From positions 9 through 64,008 of the forward strand of contig JACOUC010000036.1 of assembly GCA_016178055.1 (NCBI GenBank): DNA of 64,000 nucleotides, written 5' to 3'. How positions within the stretch are numbered: position 1 is the stretch's first letter; each line of letters opens with the position of its first letter. The notes below the pieces were generated by a model, which had not been told where the DNA came from, did no database searches, and saw nothing but the letters and a program-made list of their open reading frames with translations. The stretch is from Chlamydiota bacterium. Lineage in GTDB: Bacteria; Auribacterota; JACPWU01. Positions 31,886-44,500 of the stretch are shown piece by piece. The position numbers and the translations under genes were made by a program.

Positions 31886-32230
31886 TTAAATATAAAAAGA
31901 GGCTTGCATTTGTGTTGATTTATTACTTGATGATTTGTCTTTTAGGAGGGGATCAAACTGACTTTCAATCACTTCCTTCAAATCTTTCATCTCGACATGG
32001 CGATACCAGATATTATCAGGGAAAATCATCACATTAGGCCCTTGAGCACAAAGATCAAAACACCCCGACCGACTCACACGGACTTTCCCTTTTAGACCAT
32101 GATCTTTCACATAAGACTTTAAATATTCGCAAATCTCTTCCCCTGCTTGAGCGCAAGACACTTCACCATTTTTACGATGGTTCGTGCAGATAAAGATATG
32201 CTTTTGATAAGGATTTTTAGAGGCTTTCAT
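31886..32230 (-). CDS. Thioredoxin-like [2Fe-2S] ferredoxin
   Basis: 114 aa with four Cys in the spacing typical of NuoE/thioredoxin-like ferredoxins (C..C, C...C). Confidence 0.55.
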   Translation of the reverse strand: MKASKNPYQKHIFICTNHRKNGEVSCAQAGEEICEYLKSYVKDHGLKGKVRVSRSGCFDLCAQGPNVMIFPDNIWYRHVEMKDLKEVIESQFDPLLKDKSSSNKSTQMQASFYI

Positions 32231-32300
32231 TGTTGACCTTCTTTTAGCACAATCATTTTACCATGAATATTTTGTATTTACTCACTCTAAGAGAAAGAAT

Positions 32301-33170
32301 ATGATATCTCCACTTATGCAAAAATTATCGATTAAAGAACTTGAAAATTTAGCCCATGAGATGAGAAAAGACATCATTATCATGATTGGAAAAGCCGCCT
32401 CGGGTCATCCAGGAAGTTCGCTTTCCGCCATTGATATAATCACAGCCCTTTTCTTCAATATCATGCGGCATGACTCTAAAAATCCGCACTGGCAGGATCG
32501 AGACCGCTTTGTTCTCAGCAAAGGCCATGCAGCCCCTGCCCTTTACGCCGCTTATGAAAGATCCGGCTATTTTCCCTATGAGTGGATTTATAATTTGCGA
32601 AAATTAGGCTCTCCCCTGCAGGGACATCCCGATCGTAGAAAAATGGATTTTGTCGAAGCCTCCACGGGTTCGCTTGGCCAAGGCCTTTCAGTCGCTTTAG
32701 GAATTGGGCTTGCAGCCAAGCTCGACAAAAAAGACTACTGGACTTACTGCATGATTGGCGATGGAGAATCCAATGAGGGGCAAATATGGGAAGCTGCGAT
32801 GTTTGCCTCCCATCAGAAAATAGACAATGTCACTGTCATTTTAGATTACAACAAATTTCAACTGGATGGGGCCGTCAAAGACATTTTAAACATGGAGCCC
32901 ATGAAACATAAGTGGGAATCCTTTGGCTGGCATGTTCAGGAAATTGATGGTCACAACATGAAACAAATTATTGATTCTTTAGAACAAGCTAAAAAAATCA
33001 AAAATCAACCTACGATGATCATTGCCCATACGGTCAAAGGGAAAGGAGTCTCTTTCATGGAAAATAACAATCACTTTCATGGGGTTGCTCCTACGCCTGA
33101 TGAAATGAGAAAAGCGCTCTCAGAATTAGGTGAAAAATCAGAACGAATTGAAGAAATTTTAAAAAGATAG
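32301..33170 (+). CDS. Transketolase, N-terminal (TPP-binding) subunit
   Basis: 289 aa with GHPGSSLSAIDIITALFF, GHAAPALYA and GDGESNEGQIWEA (a TPP-binding motif). Confidence 0.8.
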   Translation: MISPLMQKLSIKELENLAHEMRKDIIIMIGKAASGHPGSSLSAIDIITALFFNIMRHDSKNPHWQDRDRFVLSKGHAAPALYAAYERSGYFPYEWIYNLRKLGSPLQGHPDRRKMDFVEASTGSLGQGLSVALGIGLAAKLDKKDYWTYCMIGDGESNEGQIWEAAMFASHQKIDNVTVILDYNKFQLDGAVKDILNMEPMKHKWESFGWHVQEIDGHNMKQIIDSLEQAKKIKNQPTMIIAHTVKGKGVSFMENNNHFHGVAPTPDEMRKALSELGEKSERIEEILKR

Positions 33171-33181
33171 CGATGAACAAC

Positions 33182-33262
33182 GAGTCCACGGTCAACGGTC
33201 TACAGTCCATAGAAAAAAATAATTCCTTTAAAGCTGTGAACCGTTGACTGTGGACTGTGGAC
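33182..33262. repeat. Intergenic imperfect palindrome (hairpin with about a 15 bp stem) between the transketolase subunit genes
   Basis: gtccacggtcaacggt ... accgttgactgtggac with extra flanking complementarity. Confidence 0.45.
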
Positions 33263-33327
33263 CATTTTCCTCTAGATGGGTGGACGAAAGTTGGATGAAT
33301 TAAAATTACAATGACTAGGAAACATCT

Positions 33328-34287
33328 ATGCCTCTCGAAAAAAAATTAGGTGCAGCAACGCGTGATGCTTATGGGAAAGCCCTCATAGAGCTTGGGAAGA
33401 AAAACCAAAACATTGTCGTCTTGGATGCGGATCTCTCCAAATCAACTAAAACCGAACTTTTTGGAAAAGAATTCCCGGATCGATTTATTAACTGCGGCAT
33501 CATTGAAGCAAACATGGTGGGTGTTGCATCGGGACTCGCCCTTTCAGGAAAAATTGTCTTTGTTTCAAGCTTTGCCTGCTTTGTCATCTGCAAATCCTAC
33601 GATCAACTGCGCATGTCTATCGCCAATCCCATGGCCAATGTCAAAATCGTCGCCTCTCATGGTGGAATCAGTGTCGGTGAGGACGGAGCCTCTCAACAGG
33701 CGATCGAAGACATTGCTCTTGCAGCTTCTCTTCCAGGATTCACCGTCATCCTCCCTTCGGATGAACATTGCACGCGAGAGCTCGTCATTCAAGCAGCCCA
33801 AACTCCTGGCCCCTTTTATATTCGCACCGGACGCCCGAAAGCCCCACTTGTTCACACTGAAAAAACGAAATTTAAAATTGGAAAAGGGGTCCTCCTCCGG
33901 GAAGGACAGGATGTCACACTCATTGCAAATGGCCTTCTTGTCTTTGAAGCCTTAATGGCTGCAGAAAAACTTCAAAATGAAGGAATGAGCGCTTCTGTCA
34001 TTGACATGCACACCATTAAGCCTCTGGATTTGGAGCTCTTAAAATCCGAGTGCAAAAAAACGGGAGCCATTGTAACCGCCGAAGAGCATCTTTTAATTGG
34101 AGGCTTAGGAAGTGCAGTAGCCCAAGCAACGGCTCAAATCCATCCTGTTCCCATCGAATATGTTGCCATCAACGACACCTACGCAGAATCTGGAAAAGGT
34201 GACGAGCTTCTTGTAAAATATGGCCTCACCTCCCGCCATATTGTCGAATCTGTCCGAAAAGTGTTTAAGAGAAAATCTCTACGCTAA
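33328..34287 (+). CDS. Transketolase, C-terminal (pyrimidine-binding) subunit
   Basis: 319 aa with an N-terminal transketolase pyrimidine-binding domain and a C-terminal domain-III-like region. Confidence 0.8.
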   Translation: MPLEKKLGAATRDAYGKALIELGKKNQNIVVLDADLSKSTKTELFGKEFPDRFINCGIIEANMVGVASGLALSGKIVFVSSFACFVICKSYDQLRMSIANPMANVKIVASHGGISVGEDGASQQAIEDIALAASLPGFTVILPSDEHCTRELVIQAAQTPGPFYIRTGRPKAPLVHTEKTKFKIGKGVLLREGQDVTLIANGLLVFEALMAAEKLQNEGMSASVIDMHTIKPLDLELLKSECKKTGAIVTAEEHLLIGGLGSAVAQATAQIHPVPIEYVAINDTYAESGKGDELLVKYGLTSRHIVESVRKVFKRKSLR

Positions 34288-34502
34288 TTAATCTTTTTTT
34301 AAATCTTTTTACACAATAACACTAGAACCTTCGTAGGCAACCTTGATATGAAACTTACTCACCTTAGAAATCAAGCCACCAAAGCCATATCAAAATCTGG
34401 AAATAAAATAACGGCTGGATGAACCTTAAGGGCTTTTGCTAGAACCAAAGCCCTTTCTCTACCCATATAATGTGCATCTGTTTCCATGGCAAGAGAGAAC
34501 TA

Positions 34503-34679
34503 TCAAATGTTTTCTAAATGAGAACTGGGAAATTCTTGGAGATAAAGTTCCGTGGCTTCTTTTAAGTTCGAAATGGCCTCTTCCAATGCAGAACCTTGAC
34601 TGACAGTTCCAACCTCTGGACATTCCGCAACGTAAAGATGATCTTCTTTATGAATAACTGCGCAAAAGGACTGAAACAT
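34503..34679 (-). CDS. HicB-like (UPF0150/DUF1902) antitoxin-family small protein
   Basis: 58 aa hand-translated from the minus strand: MFQSFCAVIHKEDHLYVAECPEVGTVSQGSALEEAISNLKEATELYLQEF. It is below the ORF-track size cutoff. No HicA partner was found. Confidence 0.35.
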   Translation of the reverse strand: MFQSFCAVIHKEDHLYVAECPEVGTVSQGSALEEAISNLKEATELYLQEFPSSHLENI

Positions 34680-34713
34680 TTTACTATAGCTCCTATATAT
34701 CTTTAATTTAAGT

Positions 34714-34740
34714 ATTGCGGAAATCTATTACGCTGCGGCG
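34714..34740. repeat. Left copy of a 24 bp direct repeat flanking the HepT/MntA cassette
   Basis: gcggaaatctattacgctgcggcg here versus gcgggaatctgttacgcggcggcg at 35552-35575. The two copies are 21/24 identical and the right copy contains the stop codon of ORF2. Confidence 0.5.
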
Positions 34741-34768
34741 TCAGAGAGTGTTAAGAGTTATAAGGTGA

Positions 34769-35215
34769 TTAAATAAACTTTTTTTTGAGTTTTTTTAAGA
34801 AATCTTCGATTTCACCCTGTTGCATTCTTTGATGATCAATCAAGGCACAATCAATGGCCTCAATTAAACTATTTTTTTCAGAGTAGTTTAGAACTAATTC
34901 ATGAACTACCTTGTCAAGCAGTGGAAGCTCTTCTCTTAAGACAGACCAAACAATATCGATATCAATCCCAAAATATTCATGCGTAATTTTATTTCTAAAG
35001 TCTACTATTGGGCGATATTGTTCATTCAAAATTTTATATCGAATCAAATTACCAATCGCTTCCCCTATCACTTGTAGTTCTCTCAAAACTGCATCGTATG
35101 ACCTAAAATCTCGCAAGAGCTCTTGCTTGGAGAAAAAACTGCGAACAAGGTGATTTACCTTATAAATAGCCACTAAAACATCAACAATATAATGTTCCAC
35201 ATCACGCTTAGGCAT
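34769..35215 (-). CDS. HepT-like HEPN nuclease toxin (DUF86)
   Basis: 148 aa with the R-x4-H-x-Y HEPN motif (RNKITHEY). It has an 8 bp overlap with the upstream nucleotidyltransferase gene. Confidence 0.65.
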   Translation of the reverse strand: MPKRDVEHYIVDVLVAIYKVNHLVRSFFSKQELLRDFRSYDAVLRELQVIGEAIGNLIRYKILNEQYRPIVDFRNKITHEYFGIDIDIVWSVLREELPLLDKVVHELVLNYSEKNSLIEAIDCALIDHQRMQQGEIEDFLKKLKKKFI

Positions 35216-35498
35216 AAATCACATCTTTTTGAATACGACGGCGAATAAATTCTTTTAAGGAAGACTCAAGTCCAAGATCGACCTTTTTTTTGAAAGAAGA
35301 TTCAAGAAAATGGTTCAAATTAAAAAAACTCCTGAATTTATTTGGACTTACAATATCGACAAGAATATCAATATCACTCTCCTCACGAGCCTCATTTCGT
35401 GCGTAGCTCCCAAACAAACCGATGCTGACGACCCCAAAGTTTGTCTTAAGCTCTGCTTTATGTCTTTGAAGAAAATGGAGAATTTCGTCACGTGTCAT
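35208..35498 (-). CDS. MntA-like minimal nucleotidyltransferase antitoxin
   Basis: 96 aa with GLFGSYARNEAREESDIDILVD (the GS...D.D nucleotidyltransferase motif). Confidence 0.65.
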   Translation of the reverse strand: MTRDEILHFLQRHKAELKTNFGVVSIGLFGSYARNEAREESDIDILVDIVSPNKFRSFFNLNHFLESSFKKKVDLGLESSLKEFIRRRIQKDVIYA

Positions 35499-35549
35499 AA
35501 ATATATTTATTTAAGTATAGCGTATTTTTAAAGTTGATGGTCACAAAAA

Positions 35550-35576
35550 ATGCGGGAATCTGTTACGCGGCGGCGG
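35550..35576. repeat. Right copy of the 24 bp direct repeat flanking the HepT/MntA cassette (overlaps the ORF2 stop)
   Basis: See 34714-34740. Confidence 0.5.
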
Positions 35577-38500
35577 CGGCGAGTTCTGAGATGGCTTTGA
35601 GGTTGTTGCGAGTGATTTCGTCAGAAAGGTTTTTGCGTTCGATATGAATAGTTTTATTTTCTCTAAATTGTTGTGCAAGATTCGGGTCAATTTTCCCAAT
35701 CATTTCTAACACCTCGGGACTGACAGAATCTACCTGAATATTGATTTCATCATTGCTTAAGAGAATGATGTTAAGATCTTTCGAAATCAAACCTTCATAG
35801 AGACTACGATGTTCCATATGAACGATAAATTGAAAGTCTTTTTTCTCCAGTGCTTCTAATCCATATCCAGGTTTGGCAAGTTCAGCCTTAATAAAGTTGA
35901 ACAGTGCCTCACCCGCTAGGTCCTTACTTTCAGGAGTAAGTAATAAGACACTTCTATTGTTTTCCTCTCCTGTTATGCTAAGCAAGCTGTCAAACTCTGG
36001 CCCCAATGCACTCTTTAAAGAATCCTTTTTAATCTGATCATGATTCATGAGCACAATTTTAAATCCCTTATTATTTTTCATCTTCTGAGCAGCTTCTTTC
36101 AAAATCTCAATATAAAAATCCGCCTCAGGTCGCTTGACTCCCTTTGCATCGACCAAATTAGCTAAATCAAAATCAACGACGCCTTTTCCTTTACCAAACG
36201 ACTCGCGGCTGTTCACAAAGAGATTTAAGAAAGCTTTTGTTGCAACACGAAGATGATTGGGTAGCACTCGTATGTTTTTCAGCTCCTCGTCCTTCCATCG
36301 ATCAATCTGTTCAGATTTGGTTTTTAAACTTAGCTTTTCAGCATCCGTCATTTCATATTGATCAATTTTGGATTTGAAAGTGCTCGAAGGCTCTAATCCA
36401 TTCAGCTCTTCTCCACTGGCAAGTTTCATCTCAAGCTGCAATCTCCAACCAGCCTCGGCTGCAACGCCCGAGCGATGGGCATTAAGGCTCGAGGCTCGAG
36501 GCTCGAGGCTCGAGGTAGAAGACTTTTTCAGGCCAAACTCCCTATCTTCATGATTAAAAATATCATCAACAACATCTTTAAAGTGAATCCGCCCATCAAA
36601 AAGGGTTACCGTCGCGGCTTCAATCAAATATTCAATGGGGATGACTGACCAGCGAACGCCATCCACATCTACCGTGACAGAAGAAGCAGTAGAGACGACT
36701 CCATCTGCATCCGTCGTTGTGAAATAATAGGGATGCCGCCCCCTATCTGGCGAGTCGTTGCGACTTGCAAAAATAATGTTGCGGTCTGTAAACCATTCTT
36801 TGATCTGAGCATCGGTCAACGCCATTCCCCTAACGCTTAAACTATTCTTTAAACGCTCCACATATCCATCAGGTCCCGATTGACGATGTTTAACCTGCTC
36901 ATAAATATCTTGGGCATTTTCTTCAGAAAAATGACCGGACCCAATGGTGCGGGAGGTGATAGAAGAGGGCATCGCTGGAGCTATCGCAAGTGGATCCATA
37001 AGGCTCTGAACCTGAACAGTCTTATCATCCGAACCCTTGCTTCGAATGTTTAAGTTTGGTTGGGTCCTGTCGTCTAAGATATCTATCCCTTCTGCCTGCT
37101 CAACCAGGACGCGTGGAACATCTCTCACAGGAACCCTTGAAATCACTCTTCCCATCTGCGAGTCACTGAGGGGATCAGAGATTCCATCCGTCATTTCAAG
37201 TAGCCAAGACCCTGATGGAACCTCTTCTGCTACAACGACTATTGGAAAATATAGATGATTGGCAATCAGGCTATTCACCACCCTGTTTCTTCTCTGCCAC
37301 AGTTGCTCAGGAGTATATCGATTGAAGTCACTTGGAATGAGATGTTCCCACTTCTCAAAATCACCCTCCTGCTCCACAGTAGAATAAAAGGGCTGCAAGG
37401 TCCATATCAAACGTATTTTTTTTGCCCTTCGGGCATCGTAAATAAGAAGTGACGAAGAGGTTGTCACTGGATAATTGTCTATCGTTAAAGGTAAAAGTTT
37501 TGTCTTAGGCCTTCGTAAATAGACCCGAGAATCGCCCGCATTAATGGTATAGACCATATAGGTTCCGTCTTTTTTTGGGATCACAAGAGACACGGCTGCT
37601 GTTGTCCCCATTCTATTGATCGGAAAAAGTTTTAAAAAAATATTCCAATCCTTTCCGTAGAAGAAAGATTCCAACTCATTAATCCGCGCCTCAGATCGAG
37701 ATACTGCATCAAAAGCCTCTAATATACCCCTTTGATTATCGCGAAAATGTTTCCTTAAAGATTCGACATCACCCTGGGTCGTTGACCCTCTCTTCATCTC
37801 CTCGACCCATTCGGGTGTAAAAATTGACGGCTCAGAAGAAAAGGATTTTCTCAAAACTCTTTTGATCTGATTGCGATCATGGGCGCTTAAGGGGATGCGC
37901 AACACACGAGAGATGATGTTATCTAAGTAGGACTCGATCATCGATTCCGGCACTTCTTCTAAGATCATATAAGGATTTGGAACTTGGCTCATCTTCTCTA
38001 TGACAGAGTGGGCCCTTTTAAAAGAGCGAGCAAGGATTGTATAAACCTGATCTTCATCCGAGGCCTCCTCTAATTCCTCGGAAAGGATAGAGGAAATCAC
38101 AATCTTGGCAAGGGTACTGGCGACCTGCCCTCCAGGACGACCTCCCACGCCATCCAAAACGCCCGATACCCTCCAGCCATTCCTTAAAACCATCGCAAAT
38201 CGATTGTCCTCATTTCGATCCGGATGCGCACTGGAAGCCTTTGTCAGATGTGAAAACACAGTGGCTTCAACCCTCCATCGGTCGACATCCTGTGCTAAAC
38301 TCTCAAGGGAAGCTTGATCATTATGAGAAATGTTTGGATCATTGCGGATTTCGAGAATCAATTTTTCAGAGGGCGCTAAACCTTGTAAATATTTCTGGTC
38401 GCTTCTCTTCCTAGCCAGCAAAAGATCATGATGGATGCGCTCACCCTTTGAGGCACGGTATTCAGCGGCGACACCCACACGATGGGCTTGTTGACGAAGG

Positions 38501-41500
38501 TCAATAGACAACTGGTCGATTCGACTGACTCCCACTTTCTTCATTAGCTCAAGCAATCTTTGATATTCACTTCCTTCATGGGTCACAATGCCACTCACCA
38601 CTCTATCAATGTCTGTATCAAGCTCGCCAGAGGGTTCAAGATAATCGACGGTGATGAGGGTGTAAAGCTGGTTATTCGCCACAAAACTGATGGATGGACT
38701 GCGGGCTCCGATGATATTGGTAAGATAGTGAGAATCTCTTTGACGATCACCTCCCGGCATTTCTCGTAAGTCGCTTAACCGAACATAAAGAACTTGCACG
38801 TTTTGGGCCAATGCCGTTTGATCTATCTCTTCGAGATCGAGGCCCCACTGGGCACACTGATCACGCGTGTTTGTTTGAGTCGTTTTAATTCGATTTACAA
38901 AATCCGTCACACTCAAACTCGTCACATCCGAAAGCTGAATATCCGGGTGATTTCCAACGACATGGGAGTTAAAGCTTCCAGAACCTCCTGAAGTTTCAGT
39001 GTCCCATCCTTCCATACCCATTAGACCCCACTCACCCTGTCCAGTAAAGCTCATATCTCCTCCTGCCGATAAGAAGCTGGCCATGCTGGATTCTTCCGCC
39101 TTCAGCTTTTCACCAAGGCTAATAATCTCGAGCAACTTTTCTCTCGCTTCCTCAAAATCCATTCTGTTTTTTGCTGGATTCAAAACTTTTTGAGTTTCTC
39201 CATCAACAACCACCGAGGAACGATTTGCCGCAAGCTCGTTATGTAATCCCTTCTTTACCCACTCGATCCACAATTTCCACATTTCTCCCTCTCCTCGACC
39301 CAGAGGCCTGTTATCTTCCAAAATATTCAGATTAGGCTGTGCAAACAATTTTCTTAAAAACACATTCACTGTTTTTCTAAATGCTGGATATTGTTGAACA
39401 AGTACTCTCAAACCTCCATGAACTCCTTTTAAAAATTGGTTTGCATTTATCCACGAAATTTCTTCTTCTTGAATATCTTGATCAGAAAAAGGATCTTTTC
39501 CATGACTCAAAACATGAAAAATCATAACAGCCATGCCATATAAATCAGAACGTCTTAAAGGATCTGGATCACTGACATCAACCGGTTCTAAATGTTGCTG
39601 AAACATCTGTGTTAATAACTTTTCCGGTGATAAATAAGAGGAACTGCCTGATACTTGTCCTCCATCTTTAGAAAGGTCATCTGTTTTAGACCTTGCAAGT
39701 CCAAAATCGATCAATTGGGTCTGAAGCGTTATCGGATCTACGATCACATTATCTTCTTTAACATCATGATGATTGACATCACCGTCTTGAACTCCTTGTA
39801 AGGAGTTCAGAAAATTCAGCGATACGCGAGCCAGTTTGATCATGTCGTCCACCGAAAAAGCCCCAGATGATGGAAAATCCTTCACCCAATCATCGAAGGT
39901 CACCCCTTCTACCCATTCCATCGCAATAAAAAAGGACTTTTTCTCTTTTTTCTCTACACCTGAAACGAAAGTTCCTTCTCCAAAATCATAAATTGCTGCA
40001 ACATCTTTACGATGAATTTTGGCTTGAAGTTCAGCCTCCCTCTTAAAGAAAGGTAATTTGTCTTGATCCAATGCCTCTTTAATCAGAACGCGTCTGCCAT
40101 TCTCATCCTCTGCAATCCAAATCCTTCCCATTCCGCCTTGGGCAAGGTAGCCAACAATGTCATAACGATTTTCGAGCCTTGACCCCATATAGGGATATTC
40201 TGATAATTGCTTGCCTTCTAATTTACGAATAGCATCTTGGGCTTCTCCAATCGATAAATCTATACTTGCAATTATATTCTTATGATCAGTGATACGACTT
40301 TTATAGATATTCTTATCTAATCCATTTAAGAAACTCTCAGAAAAAGAAGCAATTCGTTTTATATCTTTAGTAATCTCCCATTTTTCCAACCTTGTAAGCA
40401 TAGTATTCAAGGAGCCTGTGAATGCGGCAGTAAAGGCATCAAAATTTAAAATGACGGTTTTTGGAGAAGTTGTAAGTGTCTGTAAAATAAACTCACAAGA
40501 TTGCTCAAAGGAATCCAATGTTCTTGGAGTTTGAACACTGTTTAAGTTTTCAAGACCTGCAATTAGAGCAATATAGGCATTGGCTAAATGAAGCTGGCTT
40601 TCAAGAGAGGCACCTCCTCTTTGAAGGGATTCAAGATTATTTCTGACCTCTGGTAAAAGAGGAGAAACAAGAGGATTCGTCGAATGATAACTCAAAAGGG
40701 CTTCGATCTTCCACTCATCTACTTGATTGGCTAAGCCCTCAAGATCTTTTGCACCTGTTGGAAGCTTAAGTTGAGAAGCAGGTTTCAGAGATTGAAGATA
40801 TTGAATATTTCCTGTCTTGGCAGCAAGGAGGATGTCCCAATGAATTCTTTCGCCATGAGTCTGAGCAAATTCTGTTCTGACACCCGTCTGATGGGCTTCT
40901 CTTCTAAGCGATTCAGGAAGAGCAGCTATCGTGTCTACCTGAGCTTCACCCATCCTCTCTATCAGCTCTTGATATTCCGACCTCTCATGAACGACAATAC
41001 CTCGGGCAGTTTTTTGAACATCTAAGCTTTCATCAGGCTTATCTTTTAAATAATCCACACTGATCACCGTGTAAAGCTGACCATTCACCACAAAACTGAT
41101 GGAGGAGCTTCTGCTCTTACCCGTTGAATCCGTGAAATAATGAAGATCTTGAGAACTGATCCGGCCAGGAAGGCCATTTAGAGTTGTGAAGAGAATATGA
41201 TGGGTTGGGTCCCCTGCTGTGACTGTCTCTAAAGACTGAGCATCAAGACCAAACTTGCTACATGCTTTTCGCATCTCCTCTTGCATACCTTCTAGCTGCT
41301 CAACAAATTGAGTATCTGTAAGGGTAGTTAAATCAGAAAGTTGAATGTCCTTATTTTCTCCAATGGTGTGGGATTGGAAAATTGGAGTAACTCCAGAAGC
41401 AGAAACAAGTGCTTCCCAACGGTATTGGGTGGGGAATGTCTGCCCTATTTGAGTGATGATAAGGGTTTGTCCATCTTGGCTTAAATTTAAGGAAAACTGA

Positions 41501-44500
41501 GGTGTTGAAATCTTTCTAGCGTTAGTATCATCTGGCAAGAGAAGATCCGATTCAGCAGTTTTTTTAGCGCGGCTTCCAACTGTGACGACTTTACCTTGTT
41601 CTAAGATAAAGTTTTCAACACCCGGCTGCCGGCCAGGGGCAAAAATCTTATCCCCCTTTTTAGGAAGAGAAAGGACAAACTGTCCTGAACGGTAATCTAT
41701 ATGTAATATCTCTTTATCAAAGCTTTCGGGTGCGCCAAGTTTTTTAACTAACCCTTTCACTCCTAAAACTAAGGTTCGGTTTGAGAAGTTGCCGGGTCCT
41801 ACCGGAAGACTGTCTCCGCTTTTCAATTCATTTATCCATTTTTCTGCTTCTACTTTGACAGCAGATTCAACGAATGGCGTGGGTGGTTTTTCTTCACCCC
41901 TAAATGAGGTTCGAGAACCCAAATGTTCTACTTCCAAGTCATCTTCAACTCTTTGGATTCTGACATGTTTTTCTGAAAGAGCTTGAAACAGACGGAGTAA
42001 AGTCTTATCATCCCTTCCTAAAATTTGGCCAGCAGTAAGATGATCCTTATTCCATTTACAAAGACTCGTAGAAGAAATTCCTTTCCCTTCAAAAGACAAA
42101 GCAACCCCTCCATCCAGTTGGAGTGAAACTCTGACTTCAATCGACTCCTCACTGCGTGCTCCAGGCACTCTAAGAATCAAATCTTTCTTTTCCAAAACAC
42201 TCATCGGAAAACGCAATAAAGGCCCCGGTTGATCCTTTGCAGTCTTTACTTCACCTAAGGGGGTATTTTCTAGAGGCAAATCTTTCAGTTCTAAAACTTT
42301 TCTTTGAGCTGAAGGCTGGACTGCAAGAGGAGCAAATTTTGAAGGCTGAATCACCTCTTCATAACCGGTCATGTCATCATCTTTTGCACGACCTCGTAAA
42401 GGATGTGTAGAACCTTTATTGGCAGATGTATCTCTAACTTCACGACTCTTTTGAATCAGAAGAAGAGGGGCCTCTCCAGGGGCTGTTTCATCCATGATTT
42501 TATCAATTGAATCGTGGATCGAACCGCCTGGAGTCTCGTCGGGTAAATTATCTCTCAGTCCATCGCACACCCCTATTAAGCGAGTGCCAGCCTTCACTCC
42601 CTCAGCTTTTACGATAACAGGAATACATTTCATACCCGGTGTTAGAGAAGTTCCGAGGGCGTTCCTGTTTTCAAAAACTTCTTTAGGGTTTCCTTGAAGA
42701 TTGCTAGGAAGCAAGTTCTCACAACGATCACAATCACGAAGACTTAGAACGGAGGCCAAGAAAAGTTGAGGGGTGTTTTTTCTAGCCTTATCAGCCTCAT
42801 CCAAAGAGATAGACCTGTTTCTTTGTTCTTCTGAAGGAATATAATTATCAATGGTCATCACACGTAATTTTTTACCGGGTTCCTTCAAATAAAAACCGGT
42901 ATCCCCTACATTAATCACGTAAATATTGGAAGTCCCATCAGATTGGGGAACAATGATCGAAGTTCCTCCCGCTGTTCCCATATTTGAAAGGGGGAAAAAC
43001 GCCTTCCAAAATGCTTCTATAGATTGATTCTCATTGATTGCCCGATCCATTTTCCTATTCATTTCCTTTACAAAATTTCCTATCAATTTTTTAGCATCAT
43101 CTTGTTTCAAATTAAGAAAAGTATTTGAAAACTGTTTTCCTACCTCTATAGTAAAGAATCTCTTCCAATCATTTAAAACAGAATCTTTTAAAGTAAGAAA
43201 ATTATATTGTTTATCTACATCCTGACCATATACAGATTTCAGATAACCCAGAACGGCGTTAGATAAAAGATTTTCAATTGAATAAGCAGCAAAATGACTC
43301 TTCATCACCCCACGAATTTCCGAGACATCAAATGAAAACTTCAAACGCCCCGGAAGCAAATTCAAAACTTTTTCTAAAAATGAATCCAAAAACTCATCCT
43401 CAAAAAGAGGACGGGGAAGACTTGCAACTAATTCAATCGCAAGTTGAGCTTTTTGATAAGCCTCACCCAAAATCGAAGGGATTTGCTCTTCTGAAGCATT
43501 TGAAATTTTTTGTTTAAGATATTCGCTCACGACAACTCTGGCAATGGTGCTGGCCACTTCTCCTCCTGCCGCCCCTCCCATTCCATCAAAGACGCCTCCT
43601 ACAATCATCTCATCCTTCAAAACAATTCTAAAATAACTGTCTTCATTTCGCCCCATGTGTGCATTTGCAGCGAGAGTCGCCATGCTATAGACTCCAGGTT
43701 CTCTCTTGACTTCAATCCCTATCTCCTCCTCTTCAAGTGAAAGTTGGCCCGGCTTATCCTCATAAGAAATCGTTAGACCTTCTCTATAGCCAATGAAAAG
43801 CTTCCCATCGCTAACACGAAGCGAAACACGACCGATCGGTGTGCCTCCGTTAACCGAAGGAAGGCGAATATTTCTAGTATTGGTATGAGGTCCTAAACTG
43901 CCCAAAAGAATTTTTTCTTCTAAAATATCAGTGGCTCTTGATCCCAAACTTACTTCCTCATCATTAGATCCGATCCGAGAAAAATTAAAATTCCCATCTT
44001 CGAGACTAACTTTCACAACAACCGAATTTCCTAAATCTGGCGAAGAACCCGTCCATGTCAGAAGAATATCCTGAGACTCTAGATCTGTCAGATTGATCTC
44101 TTCAAGTCCGGTAGAAGCTATAACATCAAAGTCATCAATGGCTTGATCTATGGTTTGAGTTCGTTGCTGTGGGTCTTTCTCAAGAAGTTTTCTCAACCAA
44201 TCGACCCATGGAGAAGGTAAATTCAGCAAGCGGGGATGATGAGGATTTTTCTCGAAAAAATCTACCGCAACAGTATTCGTTAAAACTTGCCGTTTTTGAC
44301 CTTCGTCAAGAAATGCCTCTGCCCCAAAAGGATTTTTGCCAGTCAAGGCCTCTAAAAAAAGAGTTCCCAGTGAAAATAAATCTGAAGAGAATCGAACGCG
44401 ATAGCCAGGGGCACTTTCAGAAATTTGATCTATATCTACAATCTCAGGGGCCATATAACCAAGCGTTCCAACTATGCGATGAATCTCTTCATTGACCGAA

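Noticed and set aside
33369-33955. ORFs overlapping the transketolase C-subunit (33392..33955 +, 33565..33855 -, 33369..33593 -)
   Set aside because: They overlap a well-supported enzyme gene in other frames, with no independent support.
34300-34503. Search for a HicA partner or a tRNA near the HicB-like ORF
   Set aside because: No ORF with HicA-like features was found (GSH..., about 60 aa, basic). No cloverleaf-compatible sequence with a GTTCRANYC T-loop was seen. Only a short hairpin, agggcttt...aaagccct, is present.
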